Shown here in pieces: positions 9,102 to 15,728 of a stretch of 26,921 nucleotides of DNA. The notes under the pieces are model-generated. The model saw only the letters and a list, made by a program, of their open reading frames with translations. It did not search any database and was not told where the DNA came from. This stretch comes from a virus (lineage: Duplodnaviria; Caudoviricetes): positions 1 through 26,921 of the IMG/VR virus record IMGVR_UViG_3300042481_000186; one strand, given 5' to 3'. The translations under genes and the position numbers were made by a program. Within the stretch, counting starts at the first letter, position 1. The number at the start of each line of letters is the position of its first letter.

Positions 9102-9715
9102 TCCGCATCGACTGCGAACAACGGTCCCCTGAATGGTATGAGGTTCGTCGGGGGATTCCAACGGCATCGGCGTTTTCTCGAATCATCACTCCAAAAACTG
9201 GCAAGCCAGCAGCAGCACAGGCCGCATACATTGATGAGCTGATTGCTGAAAGACTGGCGTCTAATTGGCCACCACCACCATCATTTGCTAATGAGGCAAT
9301 TCTTAAAGGAATCCTAGCTGAATTAGACGCTCGCCGTTGGTATGAGTTTGATCGCGATTGCGACGTTGAAAAAGTCGGATTCTGTTTGTCGGGAAACGGG
9401 AGTTATGGGTGTTCGCCAGATGGGTTGCTTCCAGGTGGTGGACTTGAAATAAAAGTTCCGGACCTGAAAACACACATCGGCTACCTTCGAGGCGGCGTGC
9501 TTCCTTCGGAATATATTTGTCAGGTTCACGGAAGCATGTTCGTCCGCCAAGTGGATTGGTGGGACTTCCTTTCATACAACACCGACAACGCTCCTCAGTT
9601 TGTTTTGCGGGTCAAGCGAGACAAGTTCACGGACCTTCTTGGCGAAGAGGTCGTTAAGTTCTGTGACCGACTCGAAGAAGAGTATGCCAAGGTCACGGAG
9701 GGGCACTATGGATGA
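9098..9715 (+). CDS. YqaJ/lambda exonuclease family protein
   Basis: EQRSPEWYEVRRGIPTAS, GCSPDGL, LEIKVP, YICQVHGSM, WWDFLSY. Confidence 0.92.
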   Translation: MIRIDCEQRSPEWYEVRRGIPTASAFSRIITPKTGKPAAAQAAYIDELIAERLASNWPPPPSFANEAILKGILAELDARRWYEFDRDCDVEKVGFCLSGNGSYGCSPDGLLPGGGLEIKVPDLKTHIGYLRGGVLPSEYICQVHGSMFVRQVDWWDFLSYNTDNAPQFVLRVKRDKFTDLLGEEVVKFCDRLEEEYAKVTEGHYG

Positions 9716-10286
9716 TTCTATGGATGAATGGGGTTACGGTGACGATGAGCCGATCGCATGTTGCCCCTCGTGCGGGATTCCGTACCGGGATCACATGGGT
9801 TTGCATGGAACCTGCAAGCAATTGATTGAATCTCAGGCACGGTTGACTTCCGCTATGGGGGCATTGTCGAGTTTGGCGTCGTTGAACTTTCCCCATGGCG
9901 TTCAGATCCACATGGGAAAACTTGTATTGTCGGTCACGCTCGCCGTTGAACTGACGAACAAAAACGACGGCCAAGGTCATTCGTGGCATCGCACTGCGAA
10001 AGCCCGAAAGGATTACGAGTCGCACTTGCGAGCGATGGGCCACAGCCGCAAGGCATTCAAGAAAAAGGTGAACGTAAGGATTACCAGGATTCTTGGCCGG
10101 GGGCAGAAATTATGGGATCAGTCCAGTGTGCTTCGAGGTTCGGCCAAGCAACTGGAAGACGCACTGGTTTCATGTGGATGGTTTGTTGACGACAGTCCCT
10201 CGTGGATTGGATTGGTAATCGGGGATCAAGAAACTCCCAAGAAACGAGGCCACCCACAGGTTAGGATTGAGGTGTTTGAACCGTGA
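9708..10286 (+). CDS. RusA-like Holliday junction resolvase with N-terminal Cys/His domain
   Basis: WDQSSV..SAKQLEDALVSCGWFVDDS...VRIEV; N-terminal CPSC..H.....C. Confidence 0.65.
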   Translation: MDDSMDEWGYGDDEPIACCPSCGIPYRDHMGLHGTCKQLIESQARLTSAMGALSSLASLNFPHGVQIHMGKLVLSVTLAVELTNKNDGQGHSWHRTAKARKDYESHLRAMGHSRKAFKKKVNVRITRILGRGQKLWDQSSVLRGSAKQLEDALVSCGWFVDDSPSWIGLVIGDQETPKKRGHPQVRIEVFEP

Positions 10287-10450
10287 CTAAGGCGGAACTG
10301 GATGAGCGGATTCAAACGGCGATCGGGTTTCTGGTTTGCCAAGGCGTGATGCAAAAAGCAGAAGCAGAAAAGATTCGAGCACGACACAAGCGAAAGAAAG
10401 ATTTAAATGGCAACAACAAACCGATCGTATTCAGAAGAGTTCAAACTTAA
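10283..10450 (+). CDS. Small hypothetical protein (55 aa)
   Basis: GTGA coupling; manually translated MTKAELDERIQTAIGFL... Confidence 0.4.
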   Translation: MTKAELDERIQTAIGFLVCQGVMQKAEAEKIRARHKRKKDLNGNNKPIVFRRVQT

Positions 10451-10856
10451 CGCGATTAAGTTCTATCAAGAACGCGAAATCACAGCCAATGAAGCAGCAA
10501 GACAACTTTGTATTCCGTCCGCGACCATGGGGGCGTGGCTGAGAGCGGCAAACGTTGAGTTGAAAAAGCCTGTCAACCGAAAGATTGCTCAGTGCATCGA
10601 ACTGCATTTCAATCAAGGGGTTCCCGCACGCGACATTTCCAAGCAACTTGCCATCAACGTTTCGACGGCGACCCGATGGATTGCGGAGGAGATGTATCGG
10701 CGATCTAGCCCGCCTCAAAAGCCAAATGAGCAGCCACGACCCCGGCACAGCCTTTCGGTATTGGTTGACTGCTACTTGAAAGACCCGAAGAAAAATCGCA
10801 AGGCGTTGAACCTCGCGATCGAAGAACAGAAACGCCTAATGTGGAGTCAGTCATGA
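10407..10856 (+). CDS. Double-HTH DNA-binding protein (first HTH resembles IS3 OrfA)
   Basis: RSYSEEFKLNAI...AARQLCIPSATMGAW and ARDISKQLAINVSTATRW. Confidence 0.7.
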   Translation: MATTNRSYSEEFKLNAIKFYQEREITANEAARQLCIPSATMGAWLRAANVELKKPVNRKIAQCIELHFNQGVPARDISKQLAINVSTATRWIAEEMYRRSSPPQKPNEQPRPRHSLSVLVDCYLKDPKKNRKALNLAIEEQKRLMWSQS

Positions 10857-11071
10857 CAGAAGGGCATCCGTTCACGGTGTACCGCGACATTGGGGACGTT
10901 TGGTACAAACTGAATCCATCAGCATTTAAAGCCAAGCCGTTTGCTCGGGATGTGTGCCAGTTTTTGATTCATACTGCTGTAACTGAATGCGATGCAAAAG
11001 CATTGGCTATTCGTCAAGAACACCTCCGATTGATCGACGATCATCTCGAGAAAGCACGGAACGGAGTTTGA
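10853..11071 (+). CDS. Hypothetical protein
   Basis: ATGA-coupled ORF. Confidence 0.5.
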   Translation: MTEGHPFTVYRDIGDVWYKLNPSAFKAKPFARDVCQFLIHTAVTECDAKALAIRQEHLRLIDDHLEKARNGV

Positions 11072-11469
11072 TGTTTACGGAATTGGAATTCGTTGATACG
11101 ATATCCACTGGGGATCAATGTAAAGCAAATGAGAAAAACGAAAGCAGGGGATTGATCAAATTGAATTCAACGCGGATTGCCGAAATAACGTTTTACATTC
11201 TGGGGATATCCACTTTGGTCGGCTTCTTGTTGTGTGGTTGCGAAGCACCATCCCCACGGGCAATCGTAGAGAAAACGATATCTGAGAAACTGGCGTCAAC
11301 CGAACAGCGATTAGGGTTTGACGTGTTCGATAACAACAACGGATTCAGGTCAAGAGCATCGACGGTTTATTATCTGATTGCCGAAGACGGCACGATGATT
11401 GAAGTCACGTTGCGGGAATACGCAAGAGTCAAGATCGGACAGGCGATTCACTCTGCTGATTGGAAGTGA
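11071..11469 (+). CDS. Putative lipoprotein (true start may be TTG 11152 or 11161)
   Basis: Hydrophobic stretch ending in LLCG-C lipobox-like motif. Confidence 0.55.
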   Translation: MFTELEFVDTISTGDQCKANEKNESRGLIKLNSTRIAEITFYILGISTLVGFLLCGCEAPSPRAIVEKTISEKLASTEQRLGFDVFDNNNGFRSRASTVYYLIAEDGTMIEVTLREYARVKIGQAIHSADWK

Positions 11470-11501
11470 GTTTGCCGAACGAAAAACGAAACGGGGAGAT
11501 T

Positions 11502-11759
11502 ATGAGCACATGGAAACAAATGCTGGAAGACGCCATGAACTGCCACGGCGAGACGCTGACAGATTTGGAAGCCAACACGATGACCGAAGACGACATGGTG
11601 AAGGAGTTTGATAGCGGTTTTGGCGGCATTGAGGGCGTACCGTTCACGGCGTGGAGCGTGAACACTGTGTATTTCCCGATCTGCTACGACGGAGCCGAGT
11701 GGGTTGGCAGCGTTGCACGCCACCCGGACGGAAAACCCAGCCCGCATCAGGGCGGCTGA
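11502..11759 (+). CDS. Hypothetical phage protein (85 aa)
   Basis: GGGGAG SD; EFDSGFGGIEGVPFTAW...VYFPICYDGAEWVGSV. Confidence 0.75.
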   Translation: MSTWKQMLEDAMNCHGETLTDLEANTMTEDDMVKEFDSGFGGIEGVPFTAWSVNTVYFPICYDGAEWVGSVARHPDGKPSPHQGG

Positions 11760-11767
11760 ATTTCCGA

Positions 11768-11873
11768 GCCGAACGAAAAAGGTAACTGGGCCGCGTGCCC
11801 AAGAAAGGCTGAGTTATGAAACAAGACAAAGAAGAAACCGGAGTTGCGGCTCCAGTTGACCGCATTGTTCGGT
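11768..11873 (-). repeat. attC-like site 1 (106 bp)
   Basis: + strand CCGAAC-GAAAAA-GGTAACTGGGCCGC ... GCGGC(T)CCAGTT(G)ACC-GCATT-GTTCGG folds with two extrahelical bases. Confidence 0.88.
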
Positions 11874-11882
11874 GCATTTGAT

Positions 11883-12455
11883 TTATTCGCACAGAGAGGA
11901 TGGTGATTGTGATTGTTCTGTTGGTTCATTTATTGGCGATGTGCTTTGTGTCGATGTATTACGGGTATCGCATTGGGTATCGGGAATGCCGGAAAGTATC
12001 GCAACAACAATAGTTGCATCATCAGATTTGAGATAGACATGCTTGTTTGATGGTGACTGCAATGCCCAGTAGATGGCCGAGCAAAGTATCGCAAGAATTG
12101 CAAAGCCAGCACCGAGATCCTTCAAGTCTTTTGGATTGAATCGTTCGAAGTATTTCAGATACGGATTTGCCTTAATTGCCTCTTGAATCTGCTCGGGAGT
12201 GTCGCCACGTTTGATTCTTGCTTGAAGATCCATGATGGCAGATGCCACTTGCTTGGATTGGCTTGCCTGAAAGTATTCGACAGACACCTCGGAATAATCG
12301 CCATCTGGGATGTCACCGTCCCAGCCGCATTTTGGACAAGGAGATGCGACATTGCCAATCATATGATGAATAGCACTGCCGCTGACATAGTTGGTTGCAA
12401 GCCACACATGAGCACACGATGAATTGCGGCAGATGGCAGGAATCACGATCGGCAT
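11883..12455 (-). CDS. Cassette D protein: N-terminal Zn ribbon plus one TM segment
   Basis: CRNSSC...CPKC; GAGFAILAILCSAIYWAL; stop lies 9 bp from attC1. Confidence 0.75.
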   Translation of the reverse strand: MPIVIPAICRNSSCAHVWLATNYVSGSAIHHMIGNVASPCPKCGWDGDIPDGDYSEVSVEYFQASQSKQVASAIMDLQARIKRGDTPEQIQEAIKANPYLKYFERFNPKDLKDLGAGFAILAILCSAIYWALQSPSNKHVYLKSDDATIVVAILSGIPDTQCDTRNTSTQSTSPINEPTEQSQSPSSLCE

Positions 12456-12526
12456 GATGTGGGTCCGACAATAATGGAGATATACGTGTCATGGACTATT
12501 GTTGGTCACGCGAAGACGACCGTCTG

Positions 12527-12632
12527 ACCGAACGACAAAGGTAACTGGGCCGCGAGCCCAAGAAAGGCTGAATGATGAAACCGAGTGAAAAACAAACCGG
12601 AGTTGCGGCTCCAGTTGACCGCATTGTTCGGG
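12527..12632 (-). repeat. attC-like site 2 (106 bp)
   Basis: Same fold as site 1; near identical to site 4. Confidence 0.88.
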
Positions 12633-12826
12633 ACGGGAACGTTGCCGAGAAATTGAATGAATATATTTCTGTTGAAGATCGGTTGAAACGAGTTGAACGA
12701 TGGATCGAACGGGAGGAGGAATGGCACGACAGTCTTAATGCAGTGAGCGAGAAACACGAAGATGAAACACAGGATGAATGCATCGCGAGATTGCGAAAGA
12801 AACGTCTTGCGTCAGCCTCGGCGTGA
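12572..12826 (+). CDS. 84-aa ORF starting inside attC2
   Basis: AGAAAGG SD and ATG in the attC loop; charged helical protein. Confidence 0.45.
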   Translation: MMKPSEKQTGVAAPVDRIVRDGNVAEKLNEYISVEDRLKRVERWIEREEEWHDSLNAVSEKHEDETQDECIARLRKKRLASASA

Positions 12827-12997
12827 ATGGATCGATTCTTGAATCTTTCCGATTTCTGTTTTCATGGCATCACCGAGAAGTTCGATTGTTTCTGCAAGAG
12901 TCTTTTCGCGTGCAGTTGCGTCTGGATCGGATTTAATTGCAGCAGACGATTCAAGGGCGGCTCGAAGATTCTTTTGGAATTGGAAAATGGGAAGCAT
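12812..12997 (-). CDS. Cassette C small helical protein (61 aa)
   Basis: GAAAGG SD before ATG; follows the shared cassette leader. Confidence 0.6.
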   Translation of the reverse strand: MLPIFQFQKNLRAALESSAAIKSDPDATAREKTLAETIELLGDAMKTEIGKIQESIHSRRG

Positions 12998-13070
12998 GCG
13001 TTACCTTTCAGTGTCAACATTCGAACGAAACGAGTTTATTTGTAGATTCAAGCGTAGTCTGTATTTCCTA

Positions 13071-13127
13071 GCCGAACGTTAAAGGTAAGCGGACGGTACT
13101 CCGTTCCGTTTGACCGCCTTGTTCGGG
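13071..13127 (-). repeat. attC-like site 3, minimal (57 bp)
   Basis: CCGAAC-GTTAAA-GGTAAGCGGACGG-TACT-CCGT(T)CCGTTT(G)ACC-GCCTT-GTTCGG. Confidence 0.85.
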
Positions 13128-13251
13128 GCGGCAAACGTAATTTGGCATTGAAGTGATGGAAAATGAATGTCATCGGAACAGGCGTTGAAGACAATTGATT
13201 TTGACTACGAGCGTGATTGCAGGCGTCCGATAAAGGCGTGGATAAAACAGA

Positions 13252-13482
13252 TCATTGAGGAGGATTTTCGTCGATACGTTTCACAACGTGAGGAAGCGAA
13301 ATTCCATCAGTCAGGCGATCAGAAGCATACGAAAACGCTTTAACCAATTGTTGGAATTGATGTCGTTTTGCATCAGGGTCATCGGCATTCTTGATATCAG
13401 TTGCCATCCGAGAGAGGATCAGTTCAAGTCCCATTACGGTATGGGCCATGAGTTGAAGTGAGCGTGTTTCGTATTCTGTCAC
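13252..13482 (-). CDS. Cassette B small protein (about 76 aa, start uncertain)
   Basis: First in-frame GTG after the attC4 core site; helical sequence. Confidence 0.5.
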   Translation of the reverse strand: MTEYETRSLQLMAHTVMGLELILSRMATDIKNADDPDAKRHQFQQLVKAFSYASDRLTDGISLPHVVKRIDENPPQ

Positions 13483-13539
13483 AGCGGTATCCGAATGAGC
13501 GAGTTTACTTGTGAATCCAACCGTAGTCTGAATTTCCGA

Positions 13540-13645
13540 GCCGAACGACAAAGGTAACTGGGCCGCGTGCCCAAGAAAGGCTGAATGATGAAACCGAGTG
13601 AAAAACAAACCGGAGTTGCGGCTCCAGTTGACCGCATTGTTCGGG
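13540..13645 (-). repeat. attC-like site 4 (106 bp)
   Basis: Same fold; near identical to site 2. Confidence 0.88.
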
Positions 13646-13748
13646 GCGTTTATAGGATTGGAAATGACAATGAGTAGTGTAACTAACAACAATGGTTATG
13701 TTGTCGATCCGGTGGATTATCAACACGGCCCGTTGCCAAAAGTGAGAT

Positions 13749-14117
13749 TCATTGGAGAAGGATTGCACGATCATAGTCTAGTCGCCATCCAGAAAACTTC
13801 ATTGAGTGGTTCGGTTCAAACAAAAGATCAATATTTGAATTTCGGACAGCATGCATTGATGTCAGTATATGACCAATTTGACCTGATGTGACGCCGACAG
13901 CGACAAACATGGATTTGTCTTTCGTGAAAAAGTCAAGATAGCTGGCAACGTGCTCGAGTTCTTTCAAAAGCGGTAGGCATGTAGTTGAATCACGATCCTC
14001 GACAAGAATTGCACTAGGAATGAATTGAGGAATGCCAGTCGAGGGATTTGTCGGAATGCGTTTGTCTACGATAATGAAATATGGAAACATCGCAACATAT
14101 TCGCCAACGTTAGTCAT
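13749..14117 (-). CDS. Cassette A hypothetical protein (122 aa)
   Basis: ATG follows the shared leader (CTGAAAG). Confidence 0.65.
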   Translation of the reverse strand: MTNVGEYVAMFPYFIIVDKRIPTNPSTGIPQFIPSAILVEDRDSTTCLPLLKELEHVASYLDFFTKDKSMFVAVGVTSGQIGHILTSMHAVRNSNIDLLFEPNHSMKFSGWRLDYDRAILLQ

Positions 14118-14181
14118 TGTGTGAGTTCTTTCAGCGTCAACATTCGAGCGAAACTAGCGTAATTGGATTCTGAATTTCCGA

Positions 14182-14232
14182 GCCGAACGAAAAAGGTAAC
14201 TGGGCCGCGAGCCCAAGAAAGGCTGAGTTATG
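14182..14232 (-). repeat. attC half site (R'/L' arm plus part of the loop)
   Basis: Matches 11768-11818 with one mismatch and ends at the ATG of the 14230 gene. Confidence 0.85.
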
Positions 14233-14634
14233 TCTAAGCAAACTCAAGTTGTGGTTCTCGTTGTGTTGTCTGTGGTGTTTGGGTTCTCATTCGTTGCAGT
14301 TTGCGGTCAAACCGTTGTCCCCCTGTTGGCTAAGGGCAGTGGTCCTAATGGGGTGACGGTCGCCACGTCGGGGTGGTTGCAGTTGATCATCACGGGGCTG
14401 GGTGCTGGTGGGTTTTCTCTTGCGTCGGTAGTTGTCGTGCTGAAGAACTTGGCAACATTGATTCCGAAGACCAATCCATTTCATTCCGTGGTCTCACCGG
14501 CAATCGACGTGTCTCAGATACTGCTGTATCAGCAGGCTCACAAGAACGCCAAGTCTCAAGAAGAGAAGGACCAAATACGATCAGCGGCCAAACTGGCTGC
14601 TGCATCGTTGTTTGATGAATTGTTTCCTGCATGA
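14230..14634 (+). CDS. Membrane protein (2 hydrophobic segments; holin-like candidate)
   Basis: VVVLVVLSVVFGFSFVAV and WLQLIITGLGAGGFSLASVVVVL. Confidence 0.65.
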   Translation: MSKQTQVVVLVVLSVVFGFSFVAVCGQTVVPLLAKGSGPNGVTVATSGWLQLIITGLGAGGFSLASVVVVLKNLATLIPKTNPFHSVVSPAIDVSQILLYQQAHKNAKSQEEKDQIRSAAKLAAASLFDELFPA

Positions 14635-14670
14635 GTGTTGACAAATCAATCAAAGAATTCCTGAAGGGGA

Positions 14671-14991
14671 TTGATCGTGAGAACATTGTTTTCCAGCGTA
14701 TTGCTGATCATCGCCGGATGTGGGCCACTGACGGTCAGTCCGACGAATCCCATCAGTCCCGAAGACTCGAAGCCTGCGGAAAGTCTGTGGACTGTGCTTG
14801 CCGATTCCATCGACAATCCCGACACATACCCCAAGAACACCACGCAACTTCAGTTGATGATGCGTCACATGCGGTCACTTGGGAAAATCACGGATGAGCA
14901 AGTGACGGAAGTTGCGAACCTGTTCGGCGGGTTCAAGAAAGAAGTAGCCCTGACGAAGAATCATTCGGATTTGATTCGGGGAATCAGATGA
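14671..14991 (+). CDS. Putative lipoprotein
   Basis: RTLFSSVLLIIAG-C lipobox followed by a Pro-rich linker. Confidence 0.7.
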   Translation: MIVRTLFSSVLLIIAGCGPLTVSPTNPISPEDSKPAESLWTVLADSIDNPDTYPKNTTQLQLMMRHMRSLGKITDEQVTEVANLFGGFKKEVALTKNHSDLIRGIR

Positions 14992-15347
14992 ACGAATCCT
15001 CGTTGCCAGTGTCGCCAGACATGCTCACAGCATGGGACGGCAGAAGACCCCACTGGCAACGAGAACTTCAAGCATGGAAGCGGTGTCTGTTAAAAGACTT
15101 TCCGATTCCACCCGGATGGAAAGTTAGCGTGAGGACATGCAAGACTCATCCAGACAAATGCTACGGAACATGCGAGCAGCATTTCGAAATCAAGACATAC
15201 CGAATCTTGATCCAAAAAGACGACTGGTTCAAGATGGTTGATACGCTGTGGCATGAATGGGCACACATTCACGACCACTCGCACGGGGACGAATTTCATA
15301 TCCGATACGGCCAAATCTACAGACGCTACATTGAGGGGACCGAATGA
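14988..15347 (+). CDS. SprT-like HExxH zinc metalloprotease domain protein
   Basis: YGTC...DTLWHEWAH...HGDEF. Confidence 0.7.
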   Translation: MNESSLPVSPDMLTAWDGRRPHWQRELQAWKRCLLKDFPIPPGWKVSVRTCKTHPDKCYGTCEQHFEIKTYRILIQKDDWFKMVDTLWHEWAHIHDHSHGDEFHIRYGQIYRRYIEGTE

Positions 15348-15724
15348 GCGAACTTGGAAACGGTAATGGGGTTCGAGAATTTCCAACAGGGGCGACTCGC
15401 AATCTCTCGACAACGAAAATCAATCCGGCAAAGTGCTTAAGTCCGCTTGTAATTCAGCGTTACGCCGAATACATGCGTGACACGAGACGGCAATCCGATG
15501 GCACGTTAAGAGGTGACGACAACTGGAAAAAGGGGATTACACTGGAGTCATACATGGAATCCGGTCAGCGGCACAGTCTGCATTGGTGGACGATTGACTC
15601 TGGCGTGCCTTACGTCTCCGAAGACGACGGGCATTCCATCGACATTGAGGAAGCTTGTTGCGCCTTGATGTTTAATGTGATGGGATATCTGCACGAAACC
15701 ATTAAAGCCAGAACAGGAGCGTGA
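15344..15724 (+). CDS. dATP/dGTP diphosphohydrolase-like (DUF5664-like) protein
   Basis: REFPTGATR...DDNWKKGI...YMESGQRH...ALMFN. Confidence 0.7.
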   Translation: MSELGNGNGVREFPTGATRNLSTTKINPAKCLSPLVIQRYAEYMRDTRRQSDGTLRGDDNWKKGITLESYMESGQRHSLHWWTIDSGVPYVSEDDGHSIDIEEACCALMFNVMGYLHETIKARTGA

Positions 15725-15728
15725 CCTG

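Larger units (their letters stand above)
11768..14232 (-). mobile_element. Integron-like gene cassette array lacking an integrase in the window (CALIN-like), four cassettes
   Basis: Four attC-like hairpins plus a half site, alternating with minus-strand ORFs. Confidence 0.85.

Noticed and set aside
10407-10856. IS3-family insertion sequence
   Set aside because: Only an OrfA-like HTH; no DDE OrfB or terminal inverted repeats seen
11768-13645. REP/MITE or terminator interpretation of the repeats
   Set aside because: Asymmetric bulges, AAC/GTT ends and one-cassette spacing fit attC better; no U-tracts or target-site duplications seen
11644-13692. Minus-strand ORFs containing PNNAVNWSRNSG or RTMRSTGAATPV
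   Set aside because: Read-through translations of the attC repeats, not a protein family; cassette B start was trimmed accordingly
11768-14232. CRISPR array
   Set aside because: Repeats are 57-106 bp, separated by 400-650 bp gene-containing segments; no cas genes
15344-15724. Z-base (2-aminoadenine) genome cluster
   Set aside because: No PurZ or DNA polymerase gene in the window; this one gene is insufficient
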